A stretch of 32,095 bases of DNA, taken from a virus (taxonomy: Duplodnaviria; Caudoviricetes). The stretch covers positions 1-32,095 of the IMG/VR virus record IMGVR_UViG_3300032330_001602; one strand, written 5' to 3'. This document shows positions 1 to 8,361 of this stretch, piece after piece (position 1 is the stretch's first letter; every line of letters begins with the position of its first letter). Both the position numbers and the translations under genes were made by a program. The notes under the pieces were generated by a model. The model was given only the letters and a program-made list of their open reading frames with translations. It searched no databases and was not told the DNA's origin.

Positions 1-2
1 AG

Positions 3-290
3 TTAAGAAGTTATGTTGCACCACCAAAAGAAAATGAATGGGACACCGATGCAAACCATTTCAAGCGTTGGGATTATATCTTAGGTGAAATGATTTGGGC
101 TTTTGAACAAGAACTCAAAGATGATGATGTAGCACAATTTTATGACCATAGTGAAAGTGATAACGCTAAAACTTGGGACGAAAAGATGAACAGACTCAAA
201 GTTGACCGTGAAGGTTTAGAAGCACACCAGAAACGTAAGGCAAATGGTTTTAGATTGTTTGGTCGTTATTATCAAAATTTATGGGATTGA
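3..290 (+). CDS. Phage hypothetical protein, 5'-truncated by the window edge
   Basis: The frame is open from base 3 (LRSYVAPPKENEWDTDANHFKRWDYILGEMIWAF...GFRLFGRYYQNLWD), so the track start at 90 is an internal Met. Confidence 0.75.
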   Translation, partial: LRSYVAPPKENEWDTDANHFKRWDYILGEMIWAFEQELKDDDVAQFYDHSESDNAKTWDEKMNRLKVDREGLEAHQKRKANGFRLFGRYYQNLWD

Positions 291-291
291 T

Positions 292-546
292 ATGATTAGT
301 ATTATACATTGGATAAGTGCCAAAAGACGCTTGACAGAAGCAGAAAAAACTGTTATGATGTTAAGAGATAATAAGTTCTCTGACGCTGGTGTACCAGAGA
401 TGGTATTGGCACAAAGAGATTTTATTCAGAAAGAAATGGAATATTATTATGAAAGAGCATTGAATTGGATTTTCTTTTTAATACTCGTTTTTGGTTGTTA
501 TGGTTTATATTGGATTTATGTGAATAGGATAATGAATAATGCTTAA
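292..546 (+). CDS. Hypothetical protein with C-terminal transmembrane helix
   Basis: ATG at 292 directly follows the upstream stop. Hydrophobic stretch WIFFLILVFGCYGLYWIYV. Confidence 0.65.
   Translation: MISIIHWISAKRRLTEAEKTVMMLRDNKFSDAGVPEMVLAQRDFIQKEMEYYYERALNWIFFLILVFGCYGLYWIYVNRIMNNA
331..359 (+). promoter_or_regulatory. Sigma70-type (early) promoter inside a coding region
   Basis: TTGACA (331-336), 17-nt spacer, extended -10 TGtTATGAT (351-359). Confidence 0.55.
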
Positions 547-784
547 TAAATTTTTTGGTTGGTTTGACGCATTTAAAGTGTGTTGTTTAGCTGCTATTAT
601 TTGGGCAAGTTTTAATGTATATTTTATTGTACAAAATCATTTGAATCCACCAGAACTCAAAGAGTTTAAAGGTGGTATTCAAAATCATTTAGTATGGTCA
701 AATAAAGGTGAATGTTTTTTTGTAAGACCTGCTACAGGTCAAACCGTGTATCTCGTTAAAGTGGAAGATTGTGATAAAAAATGA
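539..784 (+). CDS. Hypothetical membrane-anchored/exported small protein
   Basis: N-terminal hydrophobic segment, C-terminal Cys pair, overlaps both neighbours. Confidence 0.65.
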   Translation: MLNKFFGWFDAFKVCCLAAIIWASFNVYFIVQNHLNPPELKEFKGGIQNHLVWSNKGECFFVRPATGQTVYLVKVEDCDKK

Positions 785-1002
785 ACTTTGAATTGATAGA
801 ACGTGCCATTAGATTAGCACATAAACCTGAAGATACTCTTATTGCGGATTTAATTGATTATCGTGATTATGCAGAAGATGCTTCAAATATGATTAAAGAA
901 TTATATCAGCAAATGTTTCTTGATGACAAGAAACATACCGAAGAAGTTGCTAAGTGGATTAATAATTGTAATACATTAATGGAAAAATTAAATGACAAAT
1001 AA
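781..1002 (+). CDS. Hypothetical protein
   Basis: ATGA overlap with the previous gene. Confidence 0.6.
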   Translation: MNFELIERAIRLAHKPEDTLIADLIDYRDYAEDASNMIKELYQQMFLDDKKHTEEVAKWINNCNTLMEKLNDK

Positions 1003-1165
1003 AGATTTTAGATTAAGTAAAGAATCAAAGCGTATGCTTACTCGCTTACATGGTGAAAAGTATACACATTGGAAAAAGATGATGATAGATGCTGAGGTAA
1101 GTGAATCAAAAGCTAAACTATCAAAGATTAAAGAACGTAGTAACACTAACCAAGGAGAAGCGTAA
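992..1165 (+). CDS. Small basic hypothetical protein (57 aa, not in ORF track)
   Basis: MTNKDFRLSKESKRMLTRLHGEKYTHWKKMMIDAEVSESKAKLSKIKERSNTNQGEA. Fills the gap and has a TAATG overlap with the next gene. Confidence 0.65.
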   Translation: MTNKDFRLSKESKRMLTRLHGEKYTHWKKMMIDAEVSESKAKLSKIKERSNTNQGEA

Positions 1166-1434
1166 TGAGTTTGTTTATTGAAGTACAATCGATTGAAAAA
1201 CAATGTAAAGTTATTGTGAATTTGGAACAAGTTATTGAAATTGCTCCTTTGTATGAAGGTGGTTGCCATTTATTCTTTAGTGATGCCGCAGCAGTTGGTG
1301 GTAAAACTGCAATGAAGGTAGAAGATAGTTATGCACATTTTCAACAATTAGCAATGCAAATGGTTTCTTCTGAAGATATTGCTAAGAAAGTTAAGGCACT
1401 AAAATCAGTTGCAGTGGATATTCCAAAACTATGA
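1165..1434 (+). CDS. Hypothetical protein
   Basis: AAGGAG RBS upstream; coupled to both neighbours. Confidence 0.75.
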   Translation: MSLFIEVQSIEKQCKVIVNLEQVIEIAPLYEGGCHLFFSDAAAVGGKTAMKVEDSYAHFQQLAMQMVSSEDIAKKVKALKSVAVDIPKL

Positions 1435-1811
1435 GTAAGTATACTTTTATTAAAGAACCGGATCCAGATAATTGGTTAACTGAAGGTGAATCAACACTCA
1501 CCGTTACTTTCTCACAAATTTCTTTAGAGAATATTGTTTCTGAATTTGAATATTTTTTAAAAGGTGCTGGTTTTCATTTTGAAGGTCATTTAGATTTTGT
1601 TCCAGATGATGTATTTGATGGTCCAAATGAAGATGATTTAGATGATGTTGACCAATGGTTTAATCAAGCTAGAGAAAAAGCCAAAAAACTTGATTCAAAT
1701 ATAATTTCAGTTCCTGAAGAAGTTTTGAACAAAATAAGTAAAGAAACTGGCGACCCAGCACATCCACCGTCTTATCGACCTGATAAAACAAGTGGTGACT
1801 ACATTGATTGA
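1431..1811 (+). CDS. Acidic hypothetical protein
   Basis: ATGA overlap; core LENIVSEFEYFLKGAGF. Confidence 0.7.
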   Translation: MSKYTFIKEPDPDNWLTEGESTLTVTFSQISLENIVSEFEYFLKGAGFHFEGHLDFVPDDVFDGPNEDDLDDVDQWFNQAREKAKKLDSNIISVPEEVLNKISKETGDPAHPPSYRPDKTSGDYID

Positions 1812-2088
1812 ACCTTTATTAAACACCATACAATGGATAAAAAATGATTGGCATAGTAACCGGTTTCGTTTTTGTGTTGAGTTGTTGGCTTGGGTTATCT
1901 CTATTGGTTGCTCAATTACGATGGCCTTTACTGTACCCAATCCTCCGCTTTTGTACTTATATCCTATTTGGATTAGTGGTTGTTCTATGTATGCTTGGGC
2001 TGCTTACACTCGTAAATCATTTGGTATGTTGGCTAACTATATGTTATTAGTTACCATTGATACCATTGGGTTGATTAGGATGTTGTAA
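1804..2088 (+). CDS. Small three-helix membrane protein
   Basis: Three hydrophobic segments. Likely TTG start at 1804 behind GTGGTGA (track start 1792). Confidence 0.7.
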   Translation: MIEPLLNTIQWIKNDWHSNRFRFCVELLAWVISIGCSITMAFTVPNPPLLYLYPIWISGCSMYAWAAYTRKSFGMLANYMLLVTIDTIGLIRML

Positions 2089-2246
2089 TGTGGAGATTAT
2101 GGGCAAAAGCCTTAGGTGAGAAGTCTGGTAGTAATGATAAAGAATCTAATACTATTGCTTGTATTCGTACAGCAATTGTGTTATCCTATATCATTACTAA
2201 CTGTTTTATTATTGCCGGTGTAATTCGGCATTGGAATACATTATGA
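2088..2246 (+). CDS. Small membrane protein of aquatic T4-like phages (52 aa, not in ORF track)
   Basis: MWRLWAKALGEKSGSNDKESNTIACIRTAIVLSYIITNCFIIAGVIRHWNTL, with TAATG and ATGA overlaps on the two sides. Confidence 0.75.
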   Translation: MWRLWAKALGEKSGSNDKESNTIACIRTAIVLSYIITNCFIIAGVIRHWNTL

Positions 2247-2848
2247 ATATATTTTACCTTGATAGAAATCCCAAAGTCTGTGCTCAAATGCACGTTGATA
2301 AACATTGTGTAAAGATGATACTTGAATATGCTCAATTACTTTCTACTGCTCATCGTATTCTTGATGGTACTCAATCTGTTGGCCTCAGTAAAACGGGCCG
2401 CAAACAAATTCGATATGTACTTCCTGATGACCGTGAACACACTCTCTATTCTGCTACTCATATCAATCATCCTTCAGCACAATGGGTACGACAGTCTGCC
2501 ACAAACTATATGTGGTTGGCTGAACTGTTAGAAGAATGTTGTATTGAGTATTCTTATCGTTATGGTAAAACCCACAAAGTAGAATCTAGTGGACTGATGC
2601 AAGCACTCAAGAATAACTTTCCTAAGAATATTTCAGATAAACCATTTACAGAACCTACACCTGCCATGCCTGATGAATGTAAAGTGGCAGGAGATTCTCT
2701 TACTTCCTATCGTAGATACTATGTGATGAATAAAACACATCTCTGGTCATGGTCAGGTAAGATAAATAGTAGAGAGAGACCACAATGGTTAAGTGAATTT
2801 TTAAAAAAAGCGAAAGAGTCTGCATTATGCCACGATATGATTTCTTAA
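2243..2848 (+). CDS. Pyrimidine-dimer DNA glycosylase / endonuclease V-like protein
   Basis: MNIFYLD..P..CA..H.DKH.VKMILEYAQLLSTAHR, TH.NHPS..W.R and AMPDE motifs typical of the DenV-like family. ATG at 2243. Confidence 0.75.
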   Translation: MNIFYLDRNPKVCAQMHVDKHCVKMILEYAQLLSTAHRILDGTQSVGLSKTGRKQIRYVLPDDREHTLYSATHINHPSAQWVRQSATNYMWLAELLEECCIEYSYRYGKTHKVESSGLMQALKNNFPKNISDKPFTEPTPAMPDECKVAGDSLTSYRRYYVMNKTHLWSWSGKINSRERPQWLSEFLKKAKESALCHDMIS

Positions 2849-3108
2849 ATAAAGAAACGAATGAAATTGTAACACACACAATGAGTTACACAGTATTGGA
2901 CCAATTCAAAAAAGACAATCCTAATTTAGAAATATACATTTCTGCTCAAAATCTACCAGTATTTTCTGATGCCGGTCGTATGTCTGTTCCTGGAACTATG
3001 ACAGCGAAAAAAGACTTTGAACAAGGTGTAATTCAACGCATCAAAGACACCGTTCCTGGTAATACTTTACATAAAAGCCATAAAACTAAGATGCCAAGGG
3101 AGTGGTAA
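2827..3108 (+). CDS. FmdB-like small protein (degenerate zinc-ribbon family)
   Basis: MPRYDF.N.ET.E N-terminus, with no Cys ligands. Confidence 0.55.
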   Translation: MPRYDFLNKETNEIVTHTMSYTVLDQFKKDNPNLEIYISAQNLPVFSDAGRMSVPGTMTAKKDFEQGVIQRIKDTVPGNTLHKSHKTKMPREW

Positions 3109-3137
3109 ACTATTTTTAACTAACTTTAAGGAATTGC

Positions 3138-3305
3138 ATGAGCGCAAAAAAAGAAATGACAAAAAGACAACGCTTATATTACGAACATAATAATAAAGAA
3201 AAAGTTAAACAAGAATTAGCAGAATTAGCCAAAGTAACAAGAGAATATGAAGAAAAACCTTCATTTTCAACATCAAATCCACATAGAACATCATTTTATA
3301 ACTGA
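3138..3305 (+). CDS. Small hypothetical protein (55 aa, not in ORF track)
   Basis: TAAGGA RBS, then MSAKKEMTKRQRLYYEHNNKEKVKQELAELAKVTREYEEKPSFSTSNPHRTSFYN. Confidence 0.65.
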   Translation: MSAKKEMTKRQRLYYEHNNKEKVKQELAELAKVTREYEEKPSFSTSNPHRTSFYN

Positions 3306-3313
3306 AGATAACC

Positions 3314-3943
3314 ATGCAAATATTTGATTATGTATCTGGTATTCATCCTGAATCTGGAAAAAAATATCACGTTGAAAACGATATAATTATAACTTCTTTT
3401 TTTACAAAAGAATATTGTGAATGTATTGTAAAATTTTGTAAAGATTACAGGGAATATTTTCGAAATACTGGAGATTATGGAGATGCCTATCCAAACTATA
3501 GTATGGGATTTCAAATGTTTGGAGAAATTTTATATCTTAATTATATAAAACATTTTTCTGAAAGAATAATTCCAATTATAAATGACACATATTTGTGGGA
3601 TAGAAATATACAAGGATTTTTTTATCCTTTCATAAACAGATTTGAACAAGGTGCACAAACAAGTATGCCTTTACATAATGAAAGAAGCACAGTATCAATC
3701 GTAGTTAAATTAAATGATGATTTTGTTGGAGGTGGATTAAATTTTCCTAGACAAAATTTTAATACGTCTGATTTAGACGTTGGCACAGCAATATTTTTTC
3801 CAGGTTGTGTTACTCATCCACATTTTGTTGAAAAAGTAGATTTAGGTGAAAGATACACTATGGTCGGTTTCACCTATCCACCTGCATGGAATAAAGGTAA
3901 TTCACTTAGTTTAGCTGAGTATAATAAAATTGAAAATAGATAA
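3314..3943 (+). CDS. 2OG-Fe(II) dioxygenase, lysyl/prolyl hydroxylase (PLOD-like) type
   Basis: LHNE.S...VKLNDDF.GGGL.FPRQN...FPG..TH.H....V..GERY: H-x-E...H facial triad plus the 2OG-binding Arg. Confidence 0.8.
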   Translation: MQIFDYVSGIHPESGKKYHVENDIIITSFFTKEYCECIVKFCKDYREYFRNTGDYGDAYPNYSMGFQMFGEILYLNYIKHFSERIIPIINDTYLWDRNIQGFFYPFINRFEQGAQTSMPLHNERSTVSIVVKLNDDFVGGGLNFPRQNFNTSDLDVGTAIFFPGCVTHPHFVEKVDLGERYTMVGFTYPPAWNKGNSLSLAEYNKIENR

Positions 3944-3952
3944 ATTATTTCG

Positions 3953-3959
3953 ATAAATA
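3953..3959 (+). promoter_or_regulatory. T4-type late promoter
   Basis: Intergenic gATAAATA just upstream of the Gly-rich gene. Confidence 0.55.
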
Positions 3960-3987
3960 CCGTATAACAATATAAAATAATAAAAAA

Positions 3988-4794
3988 ATGACATTGCCTA
4001 CAGGACAAATCTCTTTTTCTGATATACAAACTGAATTTGGTGGTAGTAACCCCATTTCTTTGGATGAATATTATAAAAATGGCACTTATATAAAAAATAC
4101 AGACTATGCGCCTAGTCTTAACACTAGTGGTTCAATTAGTTTAAGTCAATTACAAGGATCAAAAAAGACTGTATATAATCTAGCTGCGTTTGTTACTTCA
4201 CAAAATTGGACAGTTCCTTTAGAGAATAACGGTTCTGTAGATGTTTATATGGAAGGTGGCGGTGGTGGCGGCGGAATGCGTAGTAATTATTGGGGTGGTT
4301 ATGGTGGTGATGGAGGTAATGGTGGTATCGCTTCTAAAACATTAACTGTAACTCCTAACACAGAATATTATGTTGAAGTTGGTGCTGGTGGAGGCGCTGG
4401 TCATTATGGATACGGTTATAAAGACAATCCTTTTGCTGACGGTTATCCGGGTGGTGGTGGAGGTCAATCAAGTTTTAATTCACTTAAAGCTGGTGGTGGA
4501 GGCGGAGGAGCTGGCGGAACATCCGGTCAAAATGGACCTTCTGGCGGCGGTACTTATGGTGGAGCTGGTGGTCAACAGGGTGCCCCAGATGGTTATGGAA
4601 ATGATCCAACACACGGAGGAGATGGCACAGGTAGTGCTAATACTTTAAGTTGGGGTGGTGCAACAACTTACGGTGATAGAGGAATTGGAGGCCATTATAC
4701 AAGTGATAATAGTGGTGGAAATTACTACGCTTTGAGTGGTCCTGCTTATTCAAATGGTCAACCAGGTGTTGTTTACATATATGGATATTGGTAA
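3988..4794 (+). CDS. Glycine-rich tail-fibre tip/adhesin-like protein
   Basis: N-terminal module MTLPTGQISFSDIQTEFGGSNPISLDEYY, then repeated GGGGGG/GGxGG blocks separated by variable loops (polyglycine adhesin architecture). Confidence 0.7.
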   Translation: MTLPTGQISFSDIQTEFGGSNPISLDEYYKNGTYIKNTDYAPSLNTSGSISLSQLQGSKKTVYNLAAFVTSQNWTVPLENNGSVDVYMEGGGGGGGMRSNYWGGYGGDGGNGGIASKTLTVTPNTEYYVEVGAGGGAGHYGYGYKDNPFADGYPGGGGGQSSFNSLKAGGGGGGAGGTSGQNGPSGGGTYGGAGGQQGAPDGYGNDPTHGGDGTGSANTLSWGGATTYGDRGIGGHYTSDNSGGNYYALSGPAYSNGQPGVVYIYGYW

Positions 4795-5312
4795 TGTTTA
4801 AATTTGCAGAAATAGAAAATAACATTGTAACAAATGTGATTATTGCAAACAGTTTGGAAAACCTTCCAAATACACGCACGTTTATTGCTGTAACAAACTT
4901 TACAGGTGAGGCTTCACTTAATGATACCTATGATAGTAGTAACAATATATTCATTATTCCTTCTCCTTATAACTCTTGGTTATTTAATTATTCATCTAAA
5001 CAATGGGAAGCTCCAATACCTAAACCTTCTGATTTTGGTGATGTAAGATATGAATGGAACGAAGCCAATACATCATGGATTAAAGTTGATTCAATAAATT
5101 TTTTAGTTCAAGACTCAAACATTACTGATGCGATATCAAACATAAGTAATTCAACTATTGTTACAAGTAATACAGTTGAAATTCCAGTAAGTATACCAAG
5201 TTTGAATCTTTCATTAATGATTGAAAATCATCCAGGAATTAATGCAAATACAGAAATCATTCATGAAAATGGTATGATAATTATGACGAATCTTACGCCA
5301 CCATCACAATAA
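4794..5312 (+). CDS. Tail-fibre-associated (assembly/chaperone-like) protein
   Basis: TAATG coupling to the Gly-rich gene. FAEI.NN.V.NVI, PY.SW......WEAP.P.P and Y.W.E....W motifs seen in partners of Gly-rich fibres. Confidence 0.6.
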   Translation: MFKFAEIENNIVTNVIIANSLENLPNTRTFIAVTNFTGEASLNDTYDSSNNIFIIPSPYNSWLFNYSSKQWEAPIPKPSDFGDVRYEWNEANTSWIKVDSINFLVQDSNITDAISNISNSTIVTSNTVEIPVSIPSLNLSLMIENHPGINANTEIIHENGMIIMTNLTPPSQ

Positions 5313-5355
5313 AATCTTGTAGATTTAATCCCCACAGAATATCATTTTATAATTG

Positions 5356-5362
5356 ATAAATA
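5356..5362 (+). promoter_or_regulatory. T4-type late promoter
   Basis: Intergenic gATAAATA upstream of AGGA RBS and ATG 5395. Confidence 0.55.
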
Positions 5363-5394
5363 AAGTATAATAATAAAAACTTTAGGATTTACAA

Positions 5395-6018
5395 ATGACA
5401 ACTCCATCAGGACAAATACGATTAGGTGGCCAAGACGCCAATTATTCTGTCGCTTATGAAACTAGGTTGGTGTTAGGAGGAGTAACTGGCGCCACACAAT
5501 CTACATCGATGGGTAGTGATATTATCAGAAGATTTGCCGGTAAGATGAGTGGGCAAATTGCTATGAGTGACTTAAAAAATAAACCAGCTTTTAGTACGAC
5601 TGGAGGTACTGTCGGTGAAGGGGGTTGTGTTGGAATTTCTGCTCCAAGTGGATACAGCATAACACGGGTAACTTGGGGTTGGTATGGGTGGCCTGTTGGT
5701 TATCCAAGCCAGCAAACTTGTCAATATGATTATGACCAATATGGCAATCCTTCTTGTCGTTGTGGTGGTACGTCGTATACGCCATCTTTACAGGATGTAG
5801 GTACTTATTGGGCTTTTTGTGCTAATAATGGTATGGGTGTTGGTGACCCATGTGGTGGTGTAGGCAAACGTGGTACAGTATTTGTTGAATGTGTTACAGG
5901 ATATTTTCCTCCCGTAACTCAAAATCAATATTATACATATACATATGACCAATATGGTAATGTAACCAGTTCAACATATCACAATGATAGAACATGGCGA
6001 ACACAAGGTTGGTATTAA
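5395..6018 (+). CDS. Adhesin-like protein with SUEL/Gal-lectin-like domain
   Basis: N-terminus resembles the 3988 protein (MT.P.GQI...SG.I..S.L). Core GEGG.V.ISAP.G..IT.V....YG.P.G...GDPC.GV.KR..V..EC matches the SUEL lectin pattern. Confidence 0.6.
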   Translation: MTTPSGQIRLGGQDANYSVAYETRLVLGGVTGATQSTSMGSDIIRRFAGKMSGQIAMSDLKNKPAFSTTGGTVGEGGCVGISAPSGYSITRVTWGWYGWPVGYPSQQTCQYDYDQYGNPSCRCGGTSYTPSLQDVGTYWAFCANNGMGVGDPCGGVGKRGTVFVECVTGYFPPVTQNQYYTYTYDQYGNVTSSTYHNDRTWRTQGWY

Positions 6019-6039
6019 TTATTTAAAAGGATATATTAT

Positions 6040-6276
6040 ATGAATTTAAATGTGAGTGAAGCAATAGATAAATTTCGTTGTTCTGCCGAAACTCAAAAGA
6101 ACAGAATAGAATTGTGTAAAACTTGTGATAGATTTAATTCTGTGTTACGTATGTGTAAAGAATGTGGATGTATGATGGATGCTAAAACATGGATGGCAGA
6201 CCAAGAGTGTCCCATAGGTAGATGGCAAAAAGTAGATGCTCTTTTTGATATCAAAAAAAATAATCCAATTACTTAA
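6040..6276 (+). CDS. Small Cys-rich putative metal-binding protein (DUF6171-like)
   Basis: R...CxxC...........CxxCGC....KT......CP.G.W pattern; AAGGA RBS. Confidence 0.7.
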   Translation: MNLNVSEAIDKFRCSAETQKNRIELCKTCDRFNSVLRMCKECGCMMDAKTWMADQECPIGRWQKVDALFDIKKNNPIT

Positions 6277-6300
6277 TTATATTTTTATTAGGAGAAGTGA

Positions 6301-6936
6301 ATGAGTGAAATTAGTAATGATATTTTTAAATGTGATATAATTGATTATAAATCTATATCAGAACATTTACCTGCAGTAATTCAAGCTCTCTATTATCCAA
6401 AGGTGGTTGATAATTATACTTTGCCTGAAATTCGAGATGCTCTCAGAATACAACAATTACAAAGTAAAGCTTGGTTATTCCAACATTTAGAAAAATTAGA
6501 CAGAAATTCTAAAATTTTAGTTGTTGGCTCTTGGATTGGTTTTATAAGTTACTGTATTCAAAAAATGGGATTTATTGATGTAACTGAAACCGATATTGAA
6601 CAAAAACACAAAGATATTTCTGAATTTCTAAATTCTAAATTTCCAAAATTTTACCATTATAGCAAAGATGTCAATGAACTCGATTTGAGTTACTATGATG
6701 TTATTGTATGCACAAGTTGTGAACACATAGCTGATGTTACTTGGTATTTAAAAGCCAAAAATGGAACTAAATTGTTTCTACAATCAAATAATCTTGTGCA
6801 TGAAGAACATATAAATTTAGTAAATTCTGCTGAAGAATTACATAAACAATATCCTTGCATGAATGTAGAATATATGGGTACAATGATTTACAATGATATA
6901 TTTTCTAGATATATGATAATTGGAGAAAAAATATAA
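6301..6936 (+). CDS. Class I SAM-dependent methyltransferase-like protein
   Basis: Q..SK.WL, ILVVGSWIG (motif I), acidic D at the end of beta2 (TDIE), TSCEH, LQSNN; AGGAG RBS. Confidence 0.7.
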   Translation: MSEISNDIFKCDIIDYKSISEHLPAVIQALYYPKVVDNYTLPEIRDALRIQQLQSKAWLFQHLEKLDRNSKILVVGSWIGFISYCIQKMGFIDVTETDIEQKHKDISEFLNSKFPKFYHYSKDVNELDLSYYDVIVCTSCEHIADVTWYLKAKNGTKLFLQSNNLVHEEHINLVNSAEELHKQYPCMNVEYMGTMIYNDIFSRYMIIGEKI

Positions 6937-7646
6937 TGTATGATATTTTCTTTATAAGTTATAATGAACCAAATTGTGAAGAAAATTGGGAAAGATTATT
7001 AACTTTTCATCCTAAAGCAAAAAGAGTAAACGGAGTTAAAGGCATTGATGTTGCACATATGATGTGTCATGATTTATCAACGACTGATAAATTTTGGACT
7101 GTTGATGGTGATAACTGGTTGTTAAAAGAATTGGATATTGGTGAAGATAATTCAGATGAATTGATTATGTTCGATGCTTTGGATCCAATTGACGGTGAAG
7201 CTGGTTCTATGGGTTCTGTTAAACTTTGGCCAAAAGGTAGATTAATTAATACTGATATGAGCAAAGGTGATTTTTGTATGAATGCCACGAAAAAACGAAC
7301 TGTCTTTAGAGTTACAATGTCTGAGCATCGATATAATGCCGATATGTATACAACATGGAAAAATTGTTTCAGACATATGGTAAAAAATTATAGTGGTATA
7401 ATCATAAGAGATGCTTTGCCAAGAAATATTCAAAAATATGACTCATGGAAAGAATTGTTGAAAACACATAAAGCAGGTAAAAATTGTTTATGGGGATATC
7501 AAGGTTACTTAGATGCTCATGAATATTATAAAGAAAATGAACAAGATATGGATTCAATCAAAAAAAATATCAATGACTATGATTTTCTAAAAAATTATTT
7601 TGAAACTAAAGTAAAAAATAAAAATCATGAATTAATTTTTATGTAG
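6936..7646 (+). CDS. GT-A fold glycosyltransferase-like protein
   Basis: DIFFISYNEPN..ENW, RV.GVKGI..AH and FW.VDGDN (DxD motif). Confidence 0.7.
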   Translation: MYDIFFISYNEPNCEENWERLLTFHPKAKRVNGVKGIDVAHMMCHDLSTTDKFWTVDGDNWLLKELDIGEDNSDELIMFDALDPIDGEAGSMGSVKLWPKGRLINTDMSKGDFCMNATKKRTVFRVTMSEHRYNADMYTTWKNCFRHMVKNYSGIIIRDALPRNIQKYDSWKELLKTHKAGKNCLWGYQGYLDAHEYYKENEQDMDSIKKNINDYDFLKNYFETKVKNKNHELIFM

Positions 7647-7653
7647 GAATATT

Positions 7654-8361
7654 ATGGAAAATGTCATAGTACCCCCAGGAATAAGCCAGAGAGCTCCTAA
7701 ATTTGATGTGAATAATGTTACACAAGAAAATATGGCTAATGAATTGGCTTTATTAACTCTTGGTGATTTTGAACCATTACAATTTAAAATTGATACCAAT
7801 GCATTCATGAATGAGATATCAAGATATCATGCTAATTGGGTAGATTACTTACCAAGAAAAGAATGGCCTAACAATAGAAAAAGTTTGGTGCTCACTAATC
7901 TTTCGGGTAAAGACCACAAAGTTAATCCTAGTCAAGCACAAGCAAGTTATGAAGCAGGCCGATTAGTTGAAGAAACTGAATTTTGTGTACCAACTGAAGT
8001 ATATAATAATTGTCCTAGTTTACATGAATTATTAAATGAATATTCTCCTTTAGGTAGAACATTTTTGATTAAATCTAATATGGGTGGGTTTTTTATGCCG
8101 CACCGAGACCATCCAACAATACCAAGAAATACATTTAGAATTGCTGTGTTTTTGAATAATTGTGCACCATTACAATACGATTGGATTATTGATACAGATA
8201 GAAAACTACAGATTGAAATGGGTAGAGCATATTATATCAATACAAGAAAAACACATAGAACGATTAGTTGGGTCAATGATAGTATACATTTGATTATGAA
8301 TATACCATTTACAAATAAAAATGTTGCAAAAGTAATTTCACATCTTCAACACAGACATTAA
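7654..8361 (+). CDS. Aspartyl/asparaginyl beta-hydroxylase-like dioxygenase
   Basis: LGR......GGFF.PHRD, FRI..F, GR.YY.NTRK.H and HL.MN: DSBH fold with HxD...H. Confidence 0.7.
   Translation: MENVIVPPGISQRAPKFDVNNVTQENMANELALLTLGDFEPLQFKIDTNAFMNEISRYHANWVDYLPRKEWPNNRKSLVLTNLSGKDHKVNPSQAQASYEAGRLVEETEFCVPTEVYNNCPSLHELLNEYSPLGRTFLIKSNMGGFFMPHRDHPTIPRNTFRIAVFLNNCAPLQYDWIIDTDRKLQIEMGRAYYINTRKTHRTISWVNDSIHLIMNIPFTNKNVAKVISHLQHRH

Noticed and set aside
988-1269. Minus-strand ORF, representative of many shadow ORFs (1707-1940, 3296-3514, 4370-4648, 7067-7288, 11052-11288, 17345-17599, 24575-27629 etc.)
   Set aside because: They are antisense or off-frame to well-supported genes and show no recognisable motifs.
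4255-4700. GGTGGTGGC-type repeats as a CRISPR, VNTR or collagen repeat
   Set aside because: These are Gly codons of the adhesin, with no constant repeat-spacer period and no sustained Gly-X-Y register.
6040-6276. Cys-rich small ORF as a RiPP precursor for the enzyme cluster
   Set aside because: The CxxC/CxxCGC spacing fits a folded metal-binding family, and no leader/core pattern is evident. Not fully excluded.
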